Positions 53,765 to 64,000 of a DNA stretch of 64,000 nt are shown here, piece by piece. The stretch covers positions 523,729-587,728 of the forward strand of contig NW_015169174.1 in assembly GCF_001447785.1 (NCBI RefSeq). The letters are read 5' to 3'. The translations under genes were made by a program, and so were the position numbers. Origin of the DNA: Gekko japonicus. Lineage: Eukaryota. The notes beneath the pieces were generated by a model. It made no database searches and was not told the origin of the DNA. It was given only the letters and a program-made list of their open reading frames with translations. Numbering within the stretch: the stretch's first letter is position 1; each line of letters begins with the position of its first letter.

Positions 53765-53984
53765 CAGAGTTGCCAATCTCTACACGGGGCCTGAATTTTT
53801 TCCCAGAATTACAACTGATATCTCCAGACTATGGTGATCAGTTACACTGGAGAAAATGGCTGCTTTGGAGGGTGGGCTCTATGACATTATACCCTACTGA
53901 GCTACCTCCCCTCTCCAAATCCCACCGTCCACAGTCTCCACCCCAAATCTCTAGGAATATCCCAACCTATTCTTAGCAACCTTG
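53765..53984. mobile_element. MITE, inverted copy of the 2087-2277 family
   Basis: Shares GAAAATGGCTGCTTTGGAGGGTGG (reverse complement of about 2183-2206) and has GTTGCCA/GCAACC ends. Confidence 0.75.
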
Positions 53985-54028
53985 TTCCCTGCCACCAGAA
54001 AGCCCTTATTTATTTATTTAAAAAGCAG

Positions 54029-54271
54029 TACTAGAATATCATATATTGATACAGTCGTAACAATATGTGTAACCGGTTCTCTGAATTCTCAGCTTTCATG
54101 AAAAAAGGTAAGTCTCTAGCATTGTACTGCCCCTTGTGGAGTTATAAGGTGAAAGTCATATCTTCAAACAGAAAAGTCTAGAGATTTACTTTTTTCATGA
54201 AAGCTGGGAATTTAAAGAAACCCTGATACTGCTATTGGTTCAACAATATATCAATATAAAAATATTCTAGT
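54029..54271. repeat. Palindromic MITE-like element
   Basis: Arms AATTCTCAGCTTTCATGAAAAAAGGTAAGTCTCTAG and CTAGAGATTTACTTTTTTCATGAAAGCTGGGAATT. Confidence 0.65.
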
Positions 54272-54655
54272 GTTGATTCTTTTTAATGCAAAAGCCCCAG
54301 TGGCCCCATGGGGATGACCACTGCTGGAGGACCAAGTTAGGGAAACCTCCCATATGGAAGCCCTGTTGCCACTATACTTATCTGCAACCACACCAGCAAG
54401 GTGGAACCACATGTGCTCCTCCCTGTGTGGAAAACACCACAATTGTTAACAAGCCCCAAGACATGAACTTTAAAATCCATTGGTAGCTTGACATTTACCA
54501 TATTTAAACTTTCCTCCAATAATCTTGAATAGTGGGGCACTGTCACAACATATACAATTTAGTGAGACTTGTTCACATTTATCAGAGCTACTTCCACACA
54601 TTTAATTTATGTGTCGTATACCATAAATTAAAATTTTATAGTGATAACTTAAATT

Positions 54656-55318
54656 AAGGTAAAGGTAAAGGTTCCCTTGTGCGAAAGCCAGTTGAATCCG
54701 ACTCTAGGGTTGCGGTACTCATCTCCAGAGGTCATTTCGGGGGGGAACGCGGGGGATCGCAGTTCCCCCAGGTGAGGTACGGGGGCGGGGCACATGACAA
54801 AGCCCCGCCCCCTGCTTCTGGCCGTCCCACTTCCGGCCCTCATTCAGCCAGGAGGAGGCAGGAGAAGAGGGAGGGTAAGTTGCTTCCTCCCTGCCTCTCC
54901 CCACCCCTGCCTGCCTGCCTGGGGCCAGGGAGGGCCTTCGCGGGGCTTCCTCGGTGATGTCAGGGGGTATGGCCTTATGACACACTTCCAGTGATGTCAG
55001 GGTATGTGGCATATGCTAATGAGTTATGCTAATGAGTCCCCCTAGCTGTTTTTCTACGAAATGACCCCTGCTCATCTCCATTTCAAAGCCGAAGAGCCAG
55101 CGCTGTCCGAAGACGTTTCCGTGGTCATGTGGCCAGCATGACTAAACACCAAGGTGCACGGAACGCTGTTACCTTCCCACCGAAGTGGTACATATTTATC
55201 TACTTGCAATTTCTTGCTTTCGAACTGCTAGGTTGGCAGGAGCTGGAACTAGAGATGGGAGCTCACTTTATCATGCGGCACCTGGGTCTCGAACGGCTGA
55301 ACTACTGACCTTCCACAG
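54656..55318 (-). mobile_element. Sauria SINE interrupted by a MITE
   Basis: (ACCTTT)n tail, read as AAGGTAAAGGTAAAGGT on plus. Conserved body GTCATGTGGCCAGCATGAC...GAACGCTGTTACCTTCCC. B box GTTCGAGACC on minus. Confidence 0.88.
54726..55070. mobile_element. hAT-type MITE inserted in the Sauria SINE
   Basis: TIRs CAGAGGTCATTTCG / CGAAATGACCCCTG and an 8-bp TSD CTCATCTC. Confidence 0.9.
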
Positions 55319-58179
55319 CCTGTAGTTCTTTAATATATTTTCTCACTCAGTTTCATTATGATTAGTCACTTTCCCCTTCTCAGTTTAAAATTCAGTTTTG
55401 CAGAAGACTGCATTTCCAACAGAAGCTGGGAACATTTTAATAAAAGACCTTGTGTATCTTTGATCTCACGATTAATTCTTCAGAATTTGTCAGTGGAATT
55501 TCAAATTCCCAGAGGTTTTAATTTATTTATTTCTGTAGTTATAAATAAATATTACTTTGCACTTTATTTTTTAATTTGTTTCAAAGATCGATTATAATAT
55601 CAATAAAATGGATAGTATATTTTGTCTAGACAGAGGAGTTTATGATTTTGAAAACCACATTATAAATAAAATATGTTAATTGTAACTCAACCAATTTTTT
55701 TTAAAAATCGTTCCATGCCTGCAGTGTGGCACCACCACCAACAAAACATGGGATTGTTCATCAGACTGCTGTGCAATAAAATTCTCTCAGAATACCAAGC
55801 CAAATGAGAAAGTTTATATACTGCTACTATTATACACTATAATGCTGCCCTTATTAACCTGAGATTGATTACAAATTTACCAGGTACAACTGAAGTTGAT
55901 TTCCCCAGGCAGCACAAGACAAGTTTAGCAACAGTTTATCTAAGCTGAGTCTATGACCACGAAGCAGGGAAGGGGTTAAGCCCTCTAAGCAGCAATTATA
56001 CTCACTAGCAAGCCATCTAACGCAGGGAACAAAAATGCTAAGCTGGCTGTTATTTATTGATGCTGCTTCCAAGGTTTTGCAATACACTGTGTCAACAGGT
56101 TCTCAGAGTGGCATTTCCTTGGGTTTTTTCTAGCCTGCTCTCTGCAGATTTTCTAGGATTCCCCCCCACCCCAGTTCCTCTTACTAGGTGATGGAATAAT
56201 AATGGCTTCTCTTTTCTACAGGGCTCATTGCAAGTGGGAGCCTTTACATTCTGGGAGAACGCCCGCCAAGCTGGATAGTTTCCTCTAGACTTGACAAGTC
56301 TGGTACCTGATGAGAGAATGCTCATCTCTTGTACCACATTCCATACAACCACAATGTGAGCAACAACAGGCTCATCTAGTTTTGTTGTGGATTTCTGGGG
56401 GCAAGGGGATTTTGTGGATTTCTGGGGGCAAGGGGTGTATAACATACAAGGAACAGAACCGCAAGGCAAGGGGATTACAAAACATGTGCTGAGCACCTGT
56501 TGACACAGTATATTCCAAAAACACCTATGCGCACACACACATGTGCATGTGCCTATATGTTTAATATACTGCACAAGGACAGTGTAGACCTGGCATTAAG
56601 TTACAGCAAGAATTTAGGAGGTTTTTGTGCTTGTGGAAGGCCTAGCAATGGGCCAATTTATCTTTCTTTACTCCACATTTCACTTGTATTTCCCCACTGA
56701 TGTGGGTTTTCCAGAAAAATTTGAATTGGAAAATATTCCAGAAAAAAATTTCTGGTGTCCTAAACAAAGCATGATGTGATTTTGCATATTTATTTTATTT
56801 AGTAATCGAAAATTTAAACATATTGCATGTTAATATCCCAATAGCATCATACAGTTGAATTGAAATATTTGATTGGGACAAAAAAATAAAAGGCTTGCAT
56901 CCAGACTAGAGATTTTGCATGTGCAAGGACATCCACACGTGGAGAGTGATGTTCCCACTTCATCTTCTCTTATCACAGCCCCAAATGCTGTTATTGGGAA
57001 GCTTTGGATTGCTGCAGGAGGATGGAAGCTGGAAGACCATACTCCATGGGTAGATGTCCTTGTGCCTGCAAAACATTCATCTGCATCCAGCCCCAAGTGT
57101 GGTTTAAACACGATGTTCAAACACATTCAAAACTTTATGTAGAAACTATTTTTATTGGAATAAACTTCTGAACATTTAAAGACAAGGAAGCATGACTTTT
57201 CCTTATACTGTTTAAATTTAAATTTAAGGGAAAAAATCTCAAAGGCACAGAAAATCCTTGATAAACTTTTAGCACACACCTAAAGAAATATGCATGATAT
57301 GCTGTGGAAATGGTTGTGTTTCGACAGGATTTGACTTGTTTCCATGGAAGTCCCTTATTGGTCAGTAGCCAAGCATCAGAGGAAATGAGTCCTGTCACAG
57401 CAGCTTGCTGAGTTTATATGTCACCTCACACTCCAGTGCTTACGCTAATCTGGTATTTGCAAACTTGTGCCATGTTTCCCATATAGCAAGGGGGGAGGGA
57501 CACACACAACCATCACAAATCCTTCTCTCTAGGTAAGCAAGATCTGCTTCTCTCTCCCAGCATTCCATAAACCAAATGTCTCTCTCTCTCCTCCCTCACT
57601 CTCTCTCTAGGAAAACAATAGGTCATACTTCCCTCCTCTTCGCTGTATCTAACCTAGGCTTCAGGTCACCTCTTCGGTATCATTGCTCCTTTATTTCTCA
57701 GAAACACAATCTCCAGCACTACTGCTGGCACTCTGCCCTTACAGGCAGCAAGGGCATTGTGTCTGTAGCACACCAGAACGGAAGCAGGCAAGGCCCATGT
57801 CTGACAGTCTTGCTTAATAACAAGAGAAGTCATGACTTAGACAAGACATACTTCATAGAGATAATTACATATTACAAGAGGAACAAGTTGAGTTCTGCAT
57901 TATTTGAGATATGATGTTAAAACGGTACTGTTTGTAAAGCAAAAACGCATGACAGCAAGCCTTATGTCACTCCCAATCCTAAATAGCTGTGAATGTGGAA
58001 TATAAATTATATGGAGAAAAAGAAGAGTTTAAAAGTATCTGCATACGTTCACAATACGTTCTAGTAGCTCTCTTTATTTGAAGTGGAACCCTTTCTAAAC
58101 TGACTCTACCTTTTGTGACCCAGCACTGCAGGCTATATAGGGCATGTCCATCACTTTCTGCATCACTGGTGGCTGGGAG

Positions 58180-58370
58180 CAGTGTTCCTTCTAAGCTGAG
58201 TTAGTGTAAGCTAGCTCATAAGTTTTCAGCCTCTGGCTTAGCTCAGGAAGGACGGCACCAGAGCAAACTAATGTATGCAGTAGCCAAATCACTCAGTCAC
58301 AACTTTAATGCCAGTAGCTCACAAAGTAGAATTTTTGCTCACAAGACTCCACAGCTTAGAGGGGGCATTG
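58180..58370. mobile_element. hAT-type MITE, second copy of the 49104 family
   Basis: Near-identical body and an 8-bp TSD GCTGGGAG. Confidence 0.88.
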
Positions 58371-58758
58371 GCTGGGAGTGAACTGAAATCTTGGATATGA
58401 ATAGGGGTGCAGAGTGAAGGAAGGGAGGAAAAGGGAATGTGGCAGCTTTACCCTTTCTTTTTCCCCCATTGCAGGTATGACGAAGGGGCAGAGAATGGGC
58501 TTGAGCCTCACAACGCACCTGAGAGAGAACTGCAACCCACTTTGGGGTCATAATTCACAGTATGAGCTTCCTGAAGATATATATGTGCATTACAGAAGTC
58601 CTAGCTGCTTTTTAAATGTCTTCCTCTGTGCAGGTAGATAAAAAATTAAACACAACAGGAAATTTGCTAGGAAGAAACAAATGTTTATGGCAGGTAGTAC
58701 TGTCACAAAGCTCAGATCACAATTATTTAAATAGTAGAACACCTGCTATTGCAACTAC

Positions 58759-59083
58759 AAAGGTTTCCCTTGCTCGAAAGCCAGTTGAATCCAACTTTAG
58801 GGGGCGGTACTCATCTCTGTTTCCAAGCCGAAAAGCCAGCGCTGTCTGAAGACTTCTCCATGGTCATGTGGCTGACATGCTAAAAGCCGAGGTGCACGGA
58901 ACGCTGTTATCTTCCCACTGAAGCGGTACTTATTTATCTACTTGCAATTTCTTGCTTTCGAACTGCTAGGTTGGCAGGAGCTGGGACCAGAGACGGAAGC
59001 TCACTCCATCACCAGGGCTAGGGTCTCGAACTGCCGAGCTACTGACCTTCCAGTCTGCAACTCAGCATCTTAACCTCTGAGCA
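58759..59083 (-). mobile_element. Sauria SINE
   Basis: Collinear with 54656-55318 once the MITE is removed. Confidence 0.88.
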
Positions 59084-59889
59084 TGCAAAACTAAAGCATG
59101 TTCACTAAATATGTAGTTACAGTCACAAGCAGGCGTATTTGTAGTTTTGGTTACAACAGGCTAATACAGCTGCTCCTCAAACTGAAAGCTGACGTTCCAA
59201 ATCCCTAAGGTCAAAAAGTACGAACCATGCGACCAGTATGAATAAAGGACATAAAGAACTTGGAGCATAACTGTGGGATCTGTGCAACTCTTGGGTCAGG
59301 TGCTGTTTGCTCCCATTTCTTGGCAGATAAATAGGGATGTGCAATTACTAATTACATTGGAAATGTTTGTTTTGTTGTGCCAATAAAGTTCATTTAAATT
59401 GAATTTTCAACACATGTGCAAGAAGGCAGTCAGAGTCAGCCTAGAGCAAAGTACTGAAAAGCAAGCCTTCTGCTGAAGGAAATTAGCACAAGCTGACAGT
59501 TCTGAGGCAGGAAGATGACAATACTTAATAGGAAGAAGATGCTGGGGGGGCAGGGCAGAAGGAAAGGCAACACTCAATACTTATGACTGGTGCAGTCCAA
59601 ATGTATTCCTGTATCATGGAGGATAGTCATACACCATACCAGGTCTGTTTTATCTGTTCAGCACTAAACCCATCCCAAATCATCACTAAAAATCTTAAAG
59701 CCAATTTTGGGATCCCTAGGAGAACCTCAGTGGCCACCTAAGAAGCAGCACTCCTTTTTCTGACTCTGCCTTGATGATACCTTTGGAACCAGTCTTGCTG
59801 TTAGAAAAGCAGATTGAGTTGCTACAAGCGCCTTCTTATCACTTACATCTAGTGCTTAAGGTCATCCATTTTGAATTCAGCTAACTTGG

Positions 59890-60175
59890 CTACACTGACC
59901 CATGCCACTGTAACCTTTTGTTTAGACTTCTGCAATGTGTTGTGTGTCCTTGCAGACAACATGGAAACTGCAACTAGTGCAAAAGACAACTGTGAATTTT
60001 TTGACTGAGACACACTGTTGTAGGTACATTACACCTTTTCTTAAACAACTTTACTGGCTGCCTATTTGTTTCTGTGTTAAATGCAAGGAGCTGGTTCTTA
60101 CCTCTAAAGCTCTTCATTACCTGAAGGCCACATATCTTAAGGACTACCTCTTCCTGTATGATCCTCTAGTCTAGG
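59890..60175 (+). mobile_element. Old L2 LINE fragment
   Basis: KLQLVQK...ITPFLKQLYWLPI...KALH matches the L2 ORF2 C-terminus. Confidence 0.75.
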
Positions 60176-60328
60176 CCAACTGAAGTCCTCCAATCAGTTC
60201 TTGCTATCCTTCTCTTCTTTTAGACATGTTCACTTTTCTTTGGCTCAGTCATAGTACCCGATTTCTGTGGAACAATCTACCCAACCAAGTGAAGAGAGCA
60301 CCACCCCTTTCTGTTTTTAGGAAACTGG

Positions 60329-60628
60329 GACCGATTCCCCATAAGAAGCTGTGCCGCCCTCGCTCTTCTGTCCCCCCCCCCCCCGCGGTCGGGTCGCGTT
60401 GAGTNNNNNNNNNNNNNNNNNNNNNNNNNNNNNNNNNNNNNNNNNNNNNNNNNNNNNNNNNNNNNNNNNNNNNNNNNNNNNNNNNNNNNNNNNNNGGGGG
60501 CGGGGTGGGGGGGGGGGGGGGAGCTGCGGGTCAAAATGCGGCTGGGCAGAGAATAGTTTGAAATTGACCAATGCAAGCAGGGGAAACAGAAGAGCGAGGG
60601 CAGCACAGCTGCTTGTGGGGAATCGGTC
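60329..60628. mobile_element. MITE with long TIRs spanning an N gap (3-bp TSD, Harbinger-like)
   Basis: Arms of about 42 bp, GACCGATTCCCCATAAGAAGCTGTGCCGCCCTCGCTCTTCTGT and its near reverse complement. TGG on both sides. Confidence 0.7.
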
Positions 60629-60681
60629 TGGGTAAATGTCTTTTCGTATGGGGCTAAGTCTCTTCTGATATTACTGAGGGC

Positions 60682-61025
60682 CAGGGCTATTTTTGGGCAG
60701 GAACGCACAGGAACGGAGTTCCGGCTGGCTCCCAAGTTGGCCACGCCCACCAGGAACTCATTAGCATAATAGGGCACACCCAACAGCAGAAACCCGTTAG
60801 GATTGGTTACATTAGGGGTGTGTGGCCTAACATGCAAAGGAGTTCCTGCTACAAAAAAAGCCCTTGGTTTTGACAACAAACAAGGTAAACAGAATAAGAA
60901 GGCTGGATGACCACACTTCTGGTAACATGGAGGTGTGGCCTAATATGCTAATGAGTTTCTGCTGTTGGGTGTGGCCTATTATGCTAATGAGTTCCTGCTG
61001 GGCTTTTTCTACAAAAAGATCCCTG
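60682..61025. mobile_element. hAT-type MITE (CAGGGCT... family) with duplicated right end
   Basis: 8-bp TSD CTGAGGGC at 60674-60681 and 61026-61033. Shares ATGCTAATGAG motifs with 54726-55070. Confidence 0.8.
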
Positions 61026-64000
61026 CTGAGGGCTCTGTTGTTATTAATACTAGGCTGGTAATTACTATAATGGTTTTAATATACTTTTATGTGTAAGGTT
61101 GATTCTTTTGTTTGTTTTGCCTTGAAGGCATTTCTTAAGTGCCCCCTTGGATCTTTTTTGGGAAAGGTGGAATAAAAAATACTCTAATAAGTGAACATGT
61201 AAAATAATTATGCGTGTGAGGTCCTTTGAATATTCCTAAGGGCTCTGTATGTTCAATACTATCATAATGTATGTTTGTTGTTTAAAACCTGCACGGATAA
61301 AGGCCTAATACTAAAGACAGTGGCCAGGCTACAATCCCTGCACCAAAAGGAGAGGGCAAGGGAATGGTCCCATGGAGTCAGAGATGAGTATATGCATTCT
61401 TCAAACAAAAACCCACAGTAATAGGACCCAGGGGTCAGAATCTATTGAGACAAAGGCCCTTTCTGCACTCTCCTTTTAATCCATGTTCACCATGGTGTCC
61501 TCCAAGCAATTCTGCACTAAAATTGAATTCAACCTTCGTTTTAATCCAGGTTTTCCCCCCAATCTGCACTAAAATCAACTTCAACCTTTTTATTCTGGGT
61601 TTCCCCCCCCCCCCACTCTGCATTACATTACCTCCCTTCAGTGGTCAGCCTGGTTTCAGCCTGCTGTTGCCCTGGGTTATTTGGATGTTGTTTTGCCATG
61701 GACTTAAATTGCCTCGACTCGAACAATGAGAAAATCCAGAGTGGCAAGCAAATGCAGAATTAGTTGGTTGGGAACCTCAGCAAGCAGTAGCTTGTGTGTC
61801 TGTGGGAATGAATGGCGTGTGAATTAGCTCACCGGGTAGGCAAGAATCAAATAAGGAAGAGCTCCTAGACTCAGGAACGTGGGGGTCTAATTGTCTGAAC
61901 ATTTTCTCTGGCTACTAAGAATGCCAAAGCCAGCTGTGGCTAGGTAATGCAACAAACCACAATAACTCAGCAATTGCCCATTATCAGGAATCCGTCTGCC
62001 TGTGTGTAAGCTCAGCACCCAAGCCACATATATGAGCAAGCATCATAACAAGACTAGAAGAGGCTGGCATACTACATACCCAGGAGACATCACTGGGGGA
62101 CAGCACAGTACAAGTGTCACATCTGCAGAAGGGAACAGCATATACAGCATTTTGCTTTTTTGTGCTGTTGGAAGCAAGATGCCATATATGCCGTATAAAC
62201 ACCGCTCCTTAATTTCTTGTCTGAACATGTCCTTCAGGCACAGCTGTGCCCACTCTCTTTCTCCCTCCTGCCCTGCCAGAGCCCTTGGAAGACAAACTGC
62301 CATTTGCACAAAAGAGGCATTCTGCAAGAAAATGAAGAGGAATCAGCATTTTCTAAAAGGACCCACCACCAGGACTGGTAAACATATGACCAGTTTGCCA
62401 TGGACAGTCCAGCACCCTGAAGACTGTCACATGATACTGGAAAGTGTCGGAACAGTCTGGGGTTGTGTCACAAGGGCTATTTCCTTCCCCCAGAATTGTC
62501 TTTTGGTTTGAACTGGGCAAAGCCAGAGCAGACTTCGAGCACCAACCTTACAAAACTGGCCCCACAGCTCAACAGCAGGAGGAAGAAAGGAGTCTCCGGG
62601 GGGGGGGGGCAACATCAACAGCCGTCTTGGCACTGTTCCCCCTGTGCTGCCTGGCTCAGCACTTTAGGGAGGGGCCATGCAGCTCAGCAGACAGGAGGGT
62701 TATGCTGAACAGGCACCAGCCTTTGAGTTGGCTGATAAGACCAGGGCTTATAAGGCAGCTAGAGTGACCAGATCCAAATGAGGACAGGGCTTTTCTCCCC
62801 CCCCCCATATGGCAATGGGCCATGACAAGCTAGACCTGTTGAAATTAAAGCTGCCCAACCTCTCACCTCGACTGCACCTGCCCACCTTAGAGGCAGCTCA
62901 GTAACCTTCCTCCTACTGATGCAAAGGAGGTGGCAGGACAGGAACCTCATGCACAGGATCTTACCTGGGAGCCCTGGAACATGATCTCCCCAAACTGGCC
63001 TTTGTATCTGAGTACCTCTGTCTTCTCTAGGGGAAGTGGGAATGCTGCACCCTCGAGCTGCACAGTCTAAACTTAGGCTTCCCGGGTGTGTACTCAACTT
63101 AGGTTGCTCTGCAGGGACACATCTGGGCAACACCTCCTGAGCTGAACAAACAAGCAGGCCTGGGTCATTGGGGGGGGGGGGGCGGGGGGTCAATTAAAAA
63201 GAGGGGAGGAGCCACTGCATGCAGGTGGCAAGCCCAGCCTCATGGAGGCAAAGGAAGAGGATGGAAGACACAGAGTTGTAGGCTTTGCAGGATTGCTCTT
63301 ACAGTCCCAAAGACAGAATGAGGTAGGGCTTCCATCAGTAGGTTAAACAGAAAGAATGCATCTCCTGGGCGTGCACCTCAATGTGTGGGGACAAAAGCCT
63401 GCCTCGAGCCAGAAGGATGATGGCACTGCAGTACTGCCAGGCAACAAGCATAATCAAGTACACACAGAATTCATTCCCACAAATGAGCCAAGTCAGCAGA
63501 CAGACTGTGGCCCCAAACACCTGCTTGCCCAGGTCTGGGACCTGCCAGTATCAGCCGGCCCCACATTACCATCACCGTTAAAACACCAATCACCTCAATA
63601 CAGGTTTCTGGTCTACCTATTCACTGTTCTAGACAGCAGGGCTGGCACTATTACCACCGGGATGATCCTCACTCTAAAATCCTTGCCTGCTATTTTAAGA
63701 TTGCAGTTTCCCATCCATTGTTGTCAGACCCTCTCTGGCAAAAGGCTCCAAGGTGGCTCAACTGATCTATACTTACAAAGCATCAGTTGAAAGGCCATAC
63801 CACAATGGTGGAGATCAGTGGCTTGATTTCACATTGGATGACCATGGCCCTCCAAATTCAGGTTTTTTCAGCTAAGGTAGGCCAGCATCAGTTGACTTCA
63901 GAATAATTATGCCAATGGCTGCCACAGGCGTTACAACTGGGGGGGGGGGGGGGGTCCACTATCACTTTACAGCAGATCAGCCAGTGGCACCAACGAAGAC

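Noticed and set aside
60277-60879. 200-aa ORF
   Set aside because: Runs through an N gap and two MITEs.
61966-61985. Minus-strand ATG GGC AAT TGC (MGNC), resembling the UBTD1 N-terminus
   Set aside because: Followed immediately by TGA, with no CpG island or suitable donor. The true exon 1 probably lies beyond the window.
62002-63790. 144-169 aa ORFs in the presumed UBTD1 intron 1
   Set aside because: No recognisable domain, splice context or codon bias. Treated as chance frames.

Overview
This is vertebrate, not prokaryotic, DNA. It is almost certainly from a squamate reptile, probably a gecko, judged from Sauria SINEs, a BovB LINE, CR1/L2 LINEs and hAT MITEs. The window holds the conserved MORN4-HOGA1-ANKRD2-UBTD1 block, reversed relative to human chr10q24. 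I reconstructed three complete spliced genes, all with GT-AG junctions and consistent phases: MORN4 (+, 4 coding exons, 146 aa), HOGA1 (-, 7 exons, 338 aa) and ANKRD2 (-, 9 exons, 312 or 333 aa). UBTD1 (-) is partial: its last two exons are present and its first exon probably lies beyond the right edge. The rest is intronic or intergenic DNA rich in transposable elements. These include the 3' end of a young Gypsy element, a composite BovB, a near-full-length decayed L2, two L1-ORF1-type elements, CR1 fragments, SINEs and many MITEs with 8-bp target-site duplications. There are three N-gaps. I found no convincing new multi-gene system. The most unusual observations are: a complete 1.57-kb ORF1-only (HAL1-like) retroelement bounded by TSDs; a BovB carrying an antisense SINE-headed insert between a duplicated segment; a 103-bp Gypsy duplication whose copies differ only at synonymous sites; a one-LTR element with a non-LTR right end; a candidate in-frame ANKRD2 micro-exon; and a GSTGE motif in the HOGA1 active-site loop where human has GSNGE. 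Most short ORFs in the supplied track are noise.
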